DNA of 64,000 nucleotides from Spirochaetia bacterium (GCA_965208575.1 CBDBOV010000002.1:544001-608000); one strand, 5' to 3'; positions 19,737-31,227 are shown, counted from the stretch's first letter. Numbers and translations: made by a program. Notes: generated by a model from the sequence alone, not told the origin.

Positions 19737-20618
19737 TCAGGACACGCGGGAGTATTCGTCGGCGGGGTAGCGGAAGGTGGCGGGGGTCTCGCCGTCAGCG
19801 AGCGGGCCCTTGTCGAGCGTCGGCGGCGGCCGGTAGTCGAACGGGGCCTCGTCGGTGGCGTAGGTCGTGGTGCGGCGCTCGCGGAGGCAGGCGCGCAGCA
19901 CCTTCTGCTTGGCGACCACGTACTCGCGGGTGAACGGGCCGTGCTCCCACTCGATCCGCACAGTGTGGAACGTGTAGTAGACCACGCGGCGCAGCTTGTC
20001 GGACACGTTGGGCGGCGAGCCGTGCAGCAGGCGCACGTTGTGGAACAGCACGTCGCCGGCGCGCAGCAGCACCGGCTCGGCGCCCTCGGTGGAGAAGCCG
20101 TCCCGGTTGCGCTCGGCGATCGCCGCGGCGGTGCGCGCGTCGGACCACTGGTGGCTGCCCGTCACCACCCAGATACAGGTGTCCAGGTCGGCATCGTCGA
20201 GGTAGAAGTCGGCGATGAACACCGGCGGGTCGGACGGGTAGTCGTCGGTGCTGGCGCGGTCGCGGTGCCACGGCACTTCGATGCCCTGGCCCGGCATCTT
20301 GAGCACCATGGCGTCCTGGGTCGGAAACAGGTCGGGGCCGGCGATCCGCTGCACGGCGGCGAGCACGCGCGGGTGGCCCATCATGGCGCGCGCCGCGTGC
20401 GACTTGTCGACCACGTACTGGATGCGGCGCAACACCTGAGAGCCGTCCAGGTGCCCGGCGCTGAACAGGTAGTCGGGCGCATCGGGATCCGCCTGGCCGG
20501 CCACGCGGTCCATGTCGGCGCGCATCGCCGCCAGCTCCTCGGCCGCGAGGCAGCCGGGCAGCACCAGCCAGCCGTTGTCCAGGAACGACTGCACTTCAGC
20601 ATCGGAAAGACAAGCCAT
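19737..20618 (-). CDS. Phytanoyl-CoA dioxygenase (PhyH) family protein
   Basis: FLDNGWLVLPG, KMPG..VPWHRD (HxD), GSH, GDVLFHNVRLLHGSPPN..RR. Confidence 0.88.
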   Translation of the reverse strand: MACLSDAEVQSFLDNGWLVLPGCLAAEELAAMRADMDRVAGQADPDAPDYLFSAGHLDGSQVLRRIQYVVDKSHAARAMMGHPRVLAAVQRIAGPDLFPTQDAMVLKMPGQGIEVPWHRDRASTDDYPSDPPVFIADFYLDDADLDTCIWVVTGSHQWSDARTAAAIAERNRDGFSTEGAEPVLLRAGDVLFHNVRLLHGSPPNVSDKLRRVVYYTFHTVRIEWEHGPFTREYVVAKQKVLRACLRERRTTTYATDEAPFDYRPPPTLDKGPLADGETPATFRYPADEYSRVS

Positions 20619-20984
20619 GAGTGTGGTTGTACCGACTCGGCGGGCACTCGTCAAACGCCTGCCTCCCGGCGACTGTGGCCGCCCGCCGCGCCCGACGGCG
20701 CCGACGACTTCCTGTTCTGGTGGGACGATGTGACCCTCAACGAGGAACTCACCCCCAGCGTGCCGTCGCAGAGAACTCGGGCGCATGACGCTCGATGAGA
20801 GGATCGCCCAGCTCCGTACGACAGGCCTCCCCGGGTCGTGTGGTCCGGGGTAGCGGGTATCGCAATGGACGTACCGGCTTCCAGTTGCGCCGCGGAACCT
20901 ACTATGGTCGGCCCTGACGCCGCATCGGCGTGGCTGTCAGCAGCCGGCTGCGTGCGTCACGGAGGTGGACGAGTGACAACTGTC

Positions 20985-22448
20985 ATGCAACGGGATCGGG
21001 GAGTGCGGCCGCGTATTGGCATCTTCGGGATTGGGCTGGCGGCGTATTGGCCGCAGTTTGCGGGGTTGAAGGAGCAGCTCCAGGGTTACCAGCGCAGCGT
21101 GGAGGAGCGCGTCGGGCAATGGGCGGAGGTGGTGTCGGCCGGGCTGGTGGACTCGGCGCCCGGCGCGGTGGAGGCGGGCAACCTGTTTCAGAGGAGCCAG
21201 GTCGATATGGTGTACTGCTACGTGGGCACCTATTCGACCAGCTCGCAGGTGCTGCCGGCGGTGCAGATTCCGCGCGTGCCGGTGCTGGTGCTCAACCTGC
21301 AGCCGAGCGCCGCCCTGGACTACGCGCGCACCGACACCAAGGAGTGGCTGGCCAACTGCTGCGCCTGCTGCGTGCCGGAGATCAGTTGTGCGTTCAGCCG
21401 CTGCGACATCGACTTCCACGTGGTGTCGGGCATGCTGACCGAGGAACCCGGCTGCGAGGAGCCGGCCCGCCGCGCCTGGGCGCAGATCCGGGAGTGGACG
21501 GAGGCGGCGGGCGTGCTGCGCACCATGCGCCGTAGCCGCATCGGCGTGCTCGGCCACACCTACCCCGGCATGCTCGACATGTACAGCGACTTTACCCAGC
21601 ACCAGGGACAGCTCGGCACCCACGTCGAGGTGCTGGAGATGTGCGACCTGGCCGTCCTGGTGCGCGCCGCGACCGAACGCGAGGTGCGCGCCAAGGAGGA
21701 GGAGGCGCTGGCGGTGTTCGAGCTGGCGGAGGACTCGCCGTCCGATCCGCTCGCCGTGCGGCCCGCCCCCGACGCGCTCGACTGGGCCTACCGGGTGGCG
21801 GTGGGCCTGGACCGGCTGGTGGCGGACTTCGCCCTCGACGGCCTCACCTACTACTACCGCGGCCTCGACCACAACGAGTACGAGCGCATCGCCGCCGGTT
21901 TCGCCCTCGGCTGCTCGCTGCTCACCTCGCGCGGCGTGCCGTGCAGCGGCGAGGGCGACCTCAAGAACTGCCAGGCGATGAAGATCGTGGACACCTTCGG
22001 CGCCGGCGGCAGCTATTCGGAGGTGACCGCGATGGACTTCCGCGAGAATTTCATCCTGGCTGGCCACGACGGGCCGTTCCACCTCGCCATCTCGGCGGAG
22101 CGCCCGCTGCTGCGCGGCCTGGAGCTGTTCCACGGCAAGCACGGCGCCGGCGTCGGGGTGGAGACGCAGGTGCGCCACGGCCCCGTAACCCTGCTGTCGA
22201 TGACGCAGACCCGCGCCGGCAACCTCAAGCTGGTGGCCGCGCAGGGCGACAGCATCCCGGGCCCGGTGCTGCAAATCGGCAACACCGACAGCCGCCTGCA
22301 GTTCAGCCTCGGCCCGGCCGAATTCATCGACGCCTGGTGCCGCGAGGGGCCCACCCACCACTTCGCCCTGGGCGTCGGCCACATCCTCCCCCGCATCGAG
22401 AAATTCGCCGCTATCGCCTCACTCGACCTGCGAGTCGTCGCTTCCTGA
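20985..22448 (+). CDS. L-fucose/L-arabinose isomerase family protein
   Basis: GLAAYWPQF, YPGMLDMYSD, SGEGDLK, GGSYSE, GHDGPFH, GPTHHFALGVGH. Confidence 0.85.
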   Translation: MQRDRGVRPRIGIFGIGLAAYWPQFAGLKEQLQGYQRSVEERVGQWAEVVSAGLVDSAPGAVEAGNLFQRSQVDMVYCYVGTYSTSSQVLPAVQIPRVPVLVLNLQPSAALDYARTDTKEWLANCCACCVPEISCAFSRCDIDFHVVSGMLTEEPGCEEPARRAWAQIREWTEAAGVLRTMRRSRIGVLGHTYPGMLDMYSDFTQHQGQLGTHVEVLEMCDLAVLVRAATEREVRAKEEEALAVFELAEDSPSDPLAVRPAPDALDWAYRVAVGLDRLVADFALDGLTYYYRGLDHNEYERIAAGFALGCSLLTSRGVPCSGEGDLKNCQAMKIVDTFGAGGSYSEVTAMDFRENFILAGHDGPFHLAISAERPLLRGLELFHGKHGAGVGVETQVRHGPVTLLSMTQTRAGNLKLVAAQGDSIPGPVLQIGNTDSRLQFSLGPAEFIDAWCREGPTHHFALGVGHILPRIEKFAAIASLDLRVVAS

Positions 22449-22562
22449 GCGTACCGGGGTGGTCGCCGGCGTGAGTCCTTCATGCGGCTTGCAGTCCGGG
22501 ACGATCACCTCGGCGCCCGACCTACCGGCTCCCACAGCGCTACGGCCGGCGTGTTGTCCTCC

Positions 22563-23786
22563 CTATGGCGCATCCCGAATTGCGGTCGCATAGACGGCGA
22601 GGTCTGATGCGCTCATCCGGAGTCCCCGCGCGACGTGCTGCCATCCGTCCAATGCACTCGCGACTTCATTGATGATGGCGTTGGCGCGGACCAGGCCGAG
22701 CGCGAAGTACGGTGCGGCGTTGCGGGCAAGATCGAGGTCCGCGTCGGGCCCTTCTTCCGATATCCACGTCGTCAGTTCCCGCTCCTTGTCGGCCAGCGGC
22801 ACCGGGTTCAGGTCATAGGCCGGCGAGAGGCGCCATTTGTTGTCGTGGTCGTACAGGAAGCCATGGTTGCGGAGGTGATCGTCGAGATTGCCGACCATCA
22901 CATTGAAAACGATTCGCCTCCACAGCTCATGCAGGTCTTCCGTCGGCGCACTCGAATACATCCTGATGACTTCTGCGATATCCGTATAGGTCGCTTCGTC
23001 GCCGTCGCTGGGCCCGAGTAGGGTCATGGCGGAAATGAACGGGATTCTTCGCTCTTCATCGCGGTCGAAACGGGTGATCAGCGACACCGGCCGACCGGCC
23101 ACGTCAAGCAGTCTTGCCCGAGCAACATCGATGCCGGCGGCGGCGGCGAGCTTCATCGCGAGGACTTCGCCATGCGGAATGCTGCGATAGTCGTCGTGCT
23201 TCGGAAACTTGGCGATCGCCAGGCGACCGTCACTGTCGATGACGGCGGACTTGGGGCGGGCGCCACCGAGGGGCGAACCCTCGTTGAGCAGAAGTCTCAG
23301 GTCTTCGGCGGTTTCGGCGTTGGACAGTACCGCATCGGCGGCGTTGAGGAGCGCCGGCAGCCGGATCAGGGGAGGAACGCGGTAGCGTCCGATGTCGTGG
23401 TCGAAGGTCGCTTCGCCTTCCCGGCGGTACCGGAGCGCGCCGATTCTCGTCTGATCGTTGATAGCGAGGAGATAGTCGATCTCGGACATGGTGCGCTGCT
23501 CGCCGGCCTTGCGAAAGGCGCGCCGAATCAGCGTCTGGCCCCAGCGGTCCGGGGCGGTGTCGCGCAACGCGCCAGGCAATGCCGACGTGCCGAAGGAGGT
23601 GTAGAACTGGCGGCGCTCCAGCGGCAGATTCGCCGGATCCAGGGCGAAAGCATCGGTGCGGTCGTGCCACGCGTCGGCGTACTCGAAGACCGAGCTCTGG
23701 CCGTGCCGCCTGGCGATGTAGTGGCACCGGCCGACGAGAGCAGTCTGACCATCGTGGTCGACGAATACCTCGATGGCGCCGTTCAT
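22563..23786 (-). CDS. hipA: HipA family Ser/Thr kinase toxin
   Basis: DTAPDRWG, GSPLGGARPK, IAKFP, RFDR, GNLDDHLRNHGF, LSPAYDLNP. Confidence 0.92.
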   Translation of the reverse strand: MNGAIEVFVDHDGQTALVGRCHYIARRHGQSSVFEYADAWHDRTDAFALDPANLPLERRQFYTSFGTSALPGALRDTAPDRWGQTLIRRAFRKAGEQRTMSEIDYLLAINDQTRIGALRYRREGEATFDHDIGRYRVPPLIRLPALLNAADAVLSNAETAEDLRLLLNEGSPLGGARPKSAVIDSDGRLAIAKFPKHDDYRSIPHGEVLAMKLAAAAGIDVARARLLDVAGRPVSLITRFDRDEERRIPFISAMTLLGPSDGDEATYTDIAEVIRMYSSAPTEDLHELWRRIVFNVMVGNLDDHLRNHGFLYDHDNKWRLSPAYDLNPVPLADKERELTTWISEEGPDADLDLARNAAPYFALGLVRANAIINEVASALDGWQHVARGLRMSASDLAVYATAIRDAP

Positions 23787-24118
23787 GACGGTGGCCGGGA
23801 GCGGCGGCGCGGTTGCACCTTCTTGGGCAGTCGATCCTCTTCGATGTCCAGTCCGAGGGAATCGTCGCGGCGGTCGGCCGCCAGAGCGAGACGATCAGCG
23901 AGCCCCAGGATGGCCAGGACCGTTGCGTAGATGCCGATCGAGACAGATGGGTCGCCTCGTTCGACCTTGTAGAGGGTGCCGCGGCTGATGAATGCGCGCT
24001 CAGCCATGGAGACTGTCGAGATGCGACGTTTCTTGCGGGCGACCGTGATGTCAGCGCCCAGCTTGGCGAGGGCCTGTTTGGCCGTTCCGGGAAGCGCATG
24101 TGTCGCTAGCGTTTTCAT
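23783..24118 (-). CDS. HipB-like XRE HTH antitoxin
   Basis: ARKKRRISTVSMAERAFISRGTLYKVERGDPSV. ATGA overlap with hipA. Confidence 0.85.
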   Translation of the reverse strand: MKTLATHALPGTAKQALAKLGADITVARKKRRISTVSMAERAFISRGTLYKVERGDPSVSIGIYATVLAILGLADRLALAADRRDDSLGLDIEEDRLPKKVQPRRRSRPPS

Positions 24119-24122
24119 CGTC

Positions 24123-24172
24123 TGTCTTATTTAATAAGCAATAAAAGCAGATATAGTTCACTATATAAGACA
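24123..24172. promoter_or_regulatory. AT-rich hipBA promoter with palindromic operators
   Basis: CTTATT-T-AATAAG (24126-24138), ATATAG-TTCA-CTATAT (24151-24166), outer TGTCTTAT/ATAAGACA pair. Confidence 0.65.
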
Positions 24173-24311
24173 TATTGGAGTTCAGTCAACAGACAGACTT
24201 CGGGGCTTGACCAGGGCTTGACCGGGGGTTGACGCCCGCATCGGGGTGGACTCGGGGGCGTGCGTGGCGGCGTCGGCGCCTTGTACCGACTCAGAGAGGA
24301 GATTGCGATCT

Positions 24312-24430
24312 ATGAAGGCTGATGAGTTCGACCGGCGCTTTGACGCGGGCGAGGACGTCACGAAGTACCTGGACGTGGCCGGTGCCCGGAGGCCGGGCCA
24401 AAGCGTCAAGCGGGTGAACGTTGACCTGTT
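24312..24430 (+). pseudogene. Truncated CopG/BrnA antitoxin with a trace of the toxin 3' end
   Basis: MKADEFDRRFDAGEDVTKYLDVAGARRPGQSVKRVNVDL, after which similarity stops abruptly. Confidence 0.7.
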
Positions 24431-24524
24431 GGGCGGACGTGAGCAGGGCGCCCCGGCTTACCGCCGGCGGGCGGATGCCCAGCCCCAGGAAGCTGAGCGC
24501 GGTGGCGTGTAGGCAGGGCGGCGG

Positions 24525-25550
24525 TCAGGAATCGGGGGCGGCGCGTACCTCGGCCAGCAGGGGAATGAGGACCGTGAACGTGGCTCCGGCGCCCGGCTCG
24601 GAGTGTACGGAGATGTTGCCTTCCCAGCCGCGCACCAGCCGGTACACGACGGACAGCCCGAGCCCGGTGCCGCCGCCGCCGCCCTTGGTGGTGAAAAACG
24701 GGTCGAACACGTGACGCTGAACCTCGGCGGCCATGCCGGGACCTTCGTCGGACACCGCGATGCGGACGTAGCCGCCCACCGTCAGGCCCTGCGCCAGCGC
24801 GGCCTCGGCATCGAGGGTGCAGGAGTCGAGCGTGACGGTGACGGTGCCGCGCCCCCGCATCGCCTCGAGCGCGTTGCTGAGCAGGTTGTCCATGACGTGC
24901 TCCAACTCGCCGGTGTTCACGCGCACCGCGCCGGCGCCGCTGCCGATCCGGGTCGCGAACACGGCGCCGTCGGGCGCCGATTCCCGGGCCTGCGCCACGA
25001 AGCCGGCAAGCCACTTCGCCGGGTCGACCTCTTCGGTGTCGCGGATGCCTCCCGTGGTGAACGACAGCGAGTGGCGGACGATGTCGCGGCCCCGCTCGGC
25101 CGCCTCGTGGATGTGGCGCATGCCGGTACGCACCTCGTCGGGCGTGTCCGCCCGGTCGGCGTGCAACTGCGCGAGGGTGACGATCGGCTGCAGGACGTCG
25201 TTCAGCTCGTGCGCGAGCCCGCCGGCGACGGTGCCCACGGCGGCGACCTTGTACGCCTCGCGAAGCTGCTCCTGCAGTTCGCGGCGCCGGCGAATCTCCT
25301 CCCGGAGTTCGGCGGCGTGGTGCTCCAGGCGCACGTTCAGCTCGACCGCCTCGCGGCGCCGGCGGATGGCGAACCAGGCCGCGACCACGGCCAGCGCCGG
25401 CACGCCGGCAAGGATCTCGTCGAGGTCCCAGGCCTCGTGCTGCCGGGTCCAGTCGAACACCAGTTCGACCAGTTCGATGCGGGTAAAGAAGTAGACAAGG
25501 ACCGCACACGCTACCGCGCCGATGACCAGGTCCCTGGCCGATGTGCTCAT
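24525..25550 (-). CDS. Membrane sensor histidine kinase (orphan)
   Basis: Two N-terminal TM segments, H-box GGLAHELND, N-box NLLSNALEAM, G1 SDEGPGM, FDPFFTTK, GTGLGL. Confidence 0.9.
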   Translation of the reverse strand: MSTSARDLVIGAVACAVLVYFFTRIELVELVFDWTRQHEAWDLDEILAGVPALAVVAAWFAIRRRREAVELNVRLEHHAAELREEIRRRRELQEQLREAYKVAAVGTVAGGLAHELNDVLQPIVTLAQLHADRADTPDEVRTGMRHIHEAAERGRDIVRHSLSFTTGGIRDTEEVDPAKWLAGFVAQARESAPDGAVFATRIGSGAGAVRVNTGELEHVMDNLLSNALEAMRGRGTVTVTLDSCTLDAEAALAQGLTVGGYVRIAVSDEGPGMAAEVQRHVFDPFFTTKGGGGGTGLGLSVVYRLVRGWEGNISVHSEPGAGATFTVLIPLLAEVRAAPDS

Positions 25551-25695
25551 GCAACGATGGTACCGCCCCCGGCGCCTGCGTCAATGACACGATCAATGAC
25601 GCGCCGTTCCGATACGAATTGGCGGCAACGAAGCAGACAGCGCAACTTGCATCGGGTACGATAGATGGATACTCACGTTTCGTGTGGAGGTTGTC

Positions 25696-27483
25696 ATGAA
25701 GAGAATACTCGCCGTGCTCGTTGCCGGCGCAGCCGCCGTAGCCGCCTGGGCCGGCCCCGAGGTGGAGATCGAACCGATGGCCGCGGCCGAGGAGATGAGC
25801 CCGATCGACCTGCTGGAGCCGGTCGATCACTCCGCGTGGGAACGCGGCCGCCACGGCGGACGGTTCGTGGTGACCAACATCTCCGACGCCAAGACCTTCA
25901 ACCCGGTGGTGGCGAAGGAGACATCGACCACCGACATCACCGATCGCATGTTCGCCGCTATCGTGCGGCGCAGCCAGCTCACCCTGGAATGGGAGCCCGG
26001 CCTGGCCGAGAGTTGGGAAATCTCGGAGGATCAGAAGACGATCACGCTCCACTTGCGCAGCGGCCTGGTGTGGTCCGACGGCGACCCGATCACCGCCGAC
26101 GAGGTCGTGTGGAGCGTGAACGAGATCTACAAGAACGAAGAGGTGGAGACCAGCGCCCGCGACGCGCTGATTGTCGGCGGCGAGTTCGCCGAGTTCGAGT
26201 TGATCGACGACCTGACCTACCGCATCGTGCTGCCGTCGGTATACGCCGGCATCTTCGAGATCGCCTCCATCGGGCCGATGCCGCGCCACATCTTCGAACC
26301 GCTGATCGAGGCGGAGGGCGCCGCCGCGGTCAACTCGTTCTGGGGGGTGGACACCGACGTGAGCACCATCGTCGGCAACGGCCCGTTCCTGATCGGCGAG
26401 TACGTGCCGAGCGAGCGGGTGGTGATGGTGCCCAACCCCAACTACTACGAGCAGGACGAGTGGGGCCAGCAGCTTCCTTACCTGGACGAGTTCGTGATCG
26501 AATTCGTGGAGGACCAGGACACCAGCCTGGCGCGCTTCGTGGCCGGCGAAACCGACGCCCTGGGGTTGCGCGGCGAGGACTACGGCGTCCTGGTCGACAA
26601 GCAGGAGTCGGACAACTTCCTGATCTACAACGTCGGCCCCGCCTCCAGCACCCAGTTCATCACCTTCAACCAGAACCCGATCGAGGGCGACGAAGACGGC
26701 GGCATCGAGCCGCCGGCGCTCACCTGGCTGTCCAGCAAGTCGTTCCGGCAGGCGATGGCGCACCTGATCGACCGCCAGACCATCATCAACAACATCGCCT
26801 TCGGCTTCGGCTACCCGCAGTACTCGTTCGTGTGGACCGTGTCCCCCTATTACTGGGAGGGCGCCGCCGACGCCGCCTTCAAGTACGACCCGGAGCGCGC
26901 CAAGGAACTGCTCGACTCGATCGGCTACACCGACCGCGACGGCGACGGCGTGCGCGAGGATCCGGACGGCAACAAGATCGAGCTGATCCTGAACACCAAC
27001 TCCGGCAACGACGTGCGCGAGCAGATCGGCGAGCTGTTCAGCCAGGAGGCGAAGGCGGTCGGCATCGACGTCACCTTCAAGCCGGAGGCGTTCAACGAAC
27101 TGGTCACCCGGCTGGTCGCCTCCTACGACTGGCAGATGATCCTGATCGGCCTGACCGGCTCGGTGGACCCGGTAGGCGGCGCCAACGTGTACCCGTCGCG
27201 CGGCTCCCTGCACATGATCGAGCCGAACCAGGATTCGCCGCGCCGCGACTGGGAGGCGGCGGTGGACGCGGCCTGGGACGAGGCCAACCTGACCACCGAC
27301 GAGGAGCAGCGCATCCGCGGCTTCCGCAAGCTGCAGGAGCTGTGGATCGAGGAGGTGCCGTGGGCGTACACGTTCGCACCGGCGTCGATGGCCGCCGTCC
27401 GCAACACGATCGGCAACATCAAGCCGCACCCGCTCAACGGCTACGGCATGCGGGGCCTCGCCGACCGGCTCTACCTCAAGTAA
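25696..27483 (+). CDS. Peptide/nickel ABC transporter substrate-binding protein (family 5)
   Basis: Signal peptide, KTFNP, GLAESWE, LRSGLVWSDGDPITADEV, GNGPF, PYLDE. Confidence 0.92.
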   Translation: MKRILAVLVAGAAAVAAWAGPEVEIEPMAAAEEMSPIDLLEPVDHSAWERGRHGGRFVVTNISDAKTFNPVVAKETSTTDITDRMFAAIVRRSQLTLEWEPGLAESWEISEDQKTITLHLRSGLVWSDGDPITADEVVWSVNEIYKNEEVETSARDALIVGGEFAEFELIDDLTYRIVLPSVYAGIFEIASIGPMPRHIFEPLIEAEGAAAVNSFWGVDTDVSTIVGNGPFLIGEYVPSERVVMVPNPNYYEQDEWGQQLPYLDEFVIEFVEDQDTSLARFVAGETDALGLRGEDYGVLVDKQESDNFLIYNVGPASSTQFITFNQNPIEGDEDGGIEPPALTWLSSKSFRQAMAHLIDRQTIINNIAFGFGYPQYSFVWTVSPYYWEGAADAAFKYDPERAKELLDSIGYTDRDGDGVREDPDGNKIELILNTNSGNDVREQIGELFSQEAKAVGIDVTFKPEAFNELVTRLVASYDWQMILIGLTGSVDPVGGANVYPSRGSLHMIEPNQDSPRRDWEAAVDAAWDEANLTTDEEQRIRGFRKLQELWIEEVPWAYTFAPASMAAVRNTIGNIKPHPLNGYGMRGLADRLYLK

Positions 27484-27504
27484 GCCGACTGACTGACTGA
27501 CGGG

Positions 27505-27540
27505 AGGGAGAGTCCGGGAGCGCATTCCCGGGCTTTCCCT
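27505..27540 (+). terminator. Intercistronic hairpin after the substrate-binding protein gene (terminator or mRNA stabiliser)
   Basis: AGGGAGAGTCCGGGA / TCCCGGGCTTTCCCT inverted repeat. No strong U tract. Confidence 0.5.
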
Positions 27541-27542
27541 GG

Positions 27543-28529
27543 TTGATCGTGAGCCTGTCGCTGCTGCGGCTGGTCATTCGCCGGCTGCTGAACATCGTGC
27601 CGATCCTGGCCGTGGTGCTGGCCATCGCCTTCTGGCTGATCCAGCTCGCGCCCGGCGACCCGTACACCGAGTACGCGCTCAACCCGGACATCCGCGCCGA
27701 GGACCTGGAGCGGTTCCGCGCCAACTTCGGCCTCGACCAGCCGTGGTACGTGCAGTTCGGGCGCTACCTGTGGAACGCCGCGCAGGGCGACTTCGGCTTC
27801 TCGCAGACGTTCAAGGCGCCGGTGTTCGCGCTGGTCTCGCAGCGCGCCGCCAACACCCTGCTGCTGGCGGTGGTGGCGCTGCTGCTGGCCTGGGGGTTCT
27901 CGGTGCCGGCCGGCATCATTGCCGCCGCCCGCCAGTACCGCTGGCAGGACCAGTCGATCGCCGTGCTGGCGTTCTTCGGCCTGTCGATTCCCAACTTCTT
28001 CCTGGCGTCGCTGATCCTGTTTGCAATCGCCTCCACCGGAAGCTGGCTGCCGATCGGCGGCATGACCTCGATCGACCACCCCGAAATGAGCCTGTTGGGC
28101 AAGACCTGGGACCTGGCCAAACACCTGGTGGTGCCGGCGCTGGTAATCTCCACCGCCATTACCGCGGGGCTGACCCGCATCATGCGCGCCAACATGCTGG
28201 AGGTGCTGGGGCAGCAGTACGTCACCACCGCGCGCGCCAAGGGGCTGTCCGAACGCGTGGTGCTGCTCAAGCACGCGCTGCGCAACGCGGTCAATCCGAT
28301 GATCACCATCCTGGGCTTCAACATCGGCGAGATCTTGAGCGGCGCGGCCCTGGTGGAGATCGTCACCGGCTGGCCCGGCCTGGGCAAGCTGATCCTGACG
28401 GCGCTGCTCAGCCAGGACTCCTTCCTGGTGTCGGGCAGCGTGGTGTACGGGGTGGTGCTGCTGATGATCGGCAACCTGGTGGCCGACATCCTGCTGGCGA
28501 TCACCGATCCGAGGATCCGCGTGACATGA
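27543..28529 (+). CDS. Peptide ABC transporter permease (OppB/DppB-like)
   Basis: APGDP, FGLDQPWYVQF, EAA loop YVTTARAKGLSE..HALRNA, DPRIR. Start may be GTG 27549. Confidence 0.92.
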   Translation: MIVSLSLLRLVIRRLLNIVPILAVVLAIAFWLIQLAPGDPYTEYALNPDIRAEDLERFRANFGLDQPWYVQFGRYLWNAAQGDFGFSQTFKAPVFALVSQRAANTLLLAVVALLLAWGFSVPAGIIAAARQYRWQDQSIAVLAFFGLSIPNFFLASLILFAIASTGSWLPIGGMTSIDHPEMSLLGKTWDLAKHLVVPALVISTAITAGLTRIMRANMLEVLGQQYVTTARAKGLSERVVLLKHALRNAVNPMITILGFNIGEILSGAALVEIVTGWPGLGKLILTALLSQDSFLVSGSVVYGVVLLMIGNLVADILLAITDPRIRVT

Positions 28530-29992
28530 GCAGGCGCGGCGGCTCCGCTACCCGGAACGCAAGCCAAGGCACGACACCGGCGCCGGCCGCCGGCCGGCAG
28601 GGGGCGCGCGCCGCTCCCGCCGCCGGTGCCGCGGAGGCGATGCACGAGCACACCGAGTCGTTGCTGGAAGTGTACTGGCGGCGGTTCAAGAAGCACCGGC
28701 TCGGGCGCATCGGCGGCGCGGTGCTGATCGTGCTGTACGCGCTGGCGCTGTTCGCCGATCCGCTGGCGCCGGCCACCATGCGGTGGACCGACAAGACCAA
28801 GTCGTACCAGCCGCCGACCGGAATCCGGTTCAGCTACCTGGACGGCGGCCGCCTGGTGGTGCGCCCGTTCGTGTACGAGATGCACATCGTGAACCAGGCG
28901 CTGCGCACCTACGGGCGGGTGCCGCGCCACACCCTGCGCGTCATCTCCCTGGAGCGCACCGCCGGCCGCGCCGAGCTGCGCTCGGTCGCGCTGCAACAGG
29001 ATGCGGGGGCCAGGAGCCGCGCCTCGCTGGAAGCGGTGCAGCGCTACTACCGCCTGCCGGACGGCGACCCGCGGCTGGGCGAGGTGCAGGCGCTGATCGA
29101 CGAGGTGGAGGCCGACCCGGCGCGCGACCTGCACCGCCGCGTGCGGCTGCACCTGCCCGGCGCTTCGCCGGAGACCCTGGAGCTGATCGTGGCCAAGGGC
29201 AACAAGAACTTCCTGGGGCTGTTCGCCCGCGGCGTGCCGTACCGGTTCCTGGGGCTGTTCACGGCACGCATCCACCTGCTCGCCTCGCCCACCGGCGGCT
29301 TCTTTCCGCTCGGCACCGACCACGCCGGCCGCGACCTGCTCTCGCGCCTGCTGCACGGCGCGCGCGTATCGCTGACCGTGGGCCTGGTGGGCGCCGCGAT
29401 CACCTTCGTCATGGGGCTGCTGATCGGCGGCGCCGCCGGCTACTTCGGCGGCGCCGTCGACAACCTGCTGATGCGCTGCACCGAGGTGCTGCTCTCGTTC
29501 CCGTCGTTGTACCTGCTGCTGGTGCTGCGCGGCACCTTCCCGCCGACGCTCAACAGCGTGCAGGTCTACTTTCTGATCATCCTGATCGTGTCGTTCGTGA
29601 TCTGGGGTTCGCTGGCCCGCATCGTGCGCGGCATGGTGCTGTCGCTGCGCTCGGAGGACTACGTGCTGTCCGCCCGCGCACTCGGACTGGGGCCGTTCAA
29701 GATCATCCGCCGCCACGTGCTGCCCAACACGTTCTCGTTCGTGATCGTGCAGGTGACCCTGACCATCCCCGGCTTCATCCTGGGCGAGTCGACGCTCAGC
29801 TTTCTGGGCCTGGGCATTACCGAACCGCAGTCGAGCTGGGGGCTGATGCTGGCCGCGTCGCGCAGCTACCGGGTGTTCCAGGACTTCCCGTGGATCCTGG
29901 TGCCCGGCGTCTGCATCTTCCTGGCGATCATGGCGTGGAACTTCGTCGGCGACGGGGTGCGCGACGCGGTCGATCCGAGGAGCCGGCATTGA
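28526..29992 (+). CDS. Peptide ABC transporter permease (OppC/DppC-like) with large extracytoplasmic insertion
   Basis: WRRFKKHRLG, LGTDHAGRDLLSRLLHGARVSL, YVLSARALG, RHVLPN, GDGVRDAVDPR. Confidence 0.9.
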   Translation: MSRRGGSATRNASQGTTPAPAAGRQGARAAPAAGAAEAMHEHTESLLEVYWRRFKKHRLGRIGGAVLIVLYALALFADPLAPATMRWTDKTKSYQPPTGIRFSYLDGGRLVVRPFVYEMHIVNQALRTYGRVPRHTLRVISLERTAGRAELRSVALQQDAGARSRASLEAVQRYYRLPDGDPRLGEVQALIDEVEADPARDLHRRVRLHLPGASPETLELIVAKGNKNFLGLFARGVPYRFLGLFTARIHLLASPTGGFFPLGTDHAGRDLLSRLLHGARVSLTVGLVGAAITFVMGLLIGGAAGYFGGAVDNLLMRCTEVLLSFPSLYLLLVLRGTFPPTLNSVQVYFLIILIVSFVIWGSLARIVRGMVLSLRSEDYVLSARALGLGPFKIIRRHVLPNTFSFVIVQVTLTIPGFILGESTLSFLGLGITEPQSSWGLMLAASRSYRVFQDFPWILVPGVCIFLAIMAWNFVGDGVRDAVDPRSRH

Positions 29993-30060
29993 GTCGGCGC
30001 AGAGGCGGGCGCGGGCGCGGGCGCGGACGCGGGCGCGGGGGCTCCGGGACGCCGCGGACC

Positions 30061-31223
<1,163 letters not shown>

Positions 31224-31227
<4 letters not shown>

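Noticed and set aside
20640-20830. Coding-like fragment DDFLFWWDDVTLNEELTP
   Set aside because: No start, and no family was recognised.
30005-30040. (GGCGCG)n microsatellite between oppC and oppD, and (GACT)n at 27487-27501
   Set aside because: Short low-complexity tracts expected in high-GC DNA. No evidence of phase variation.
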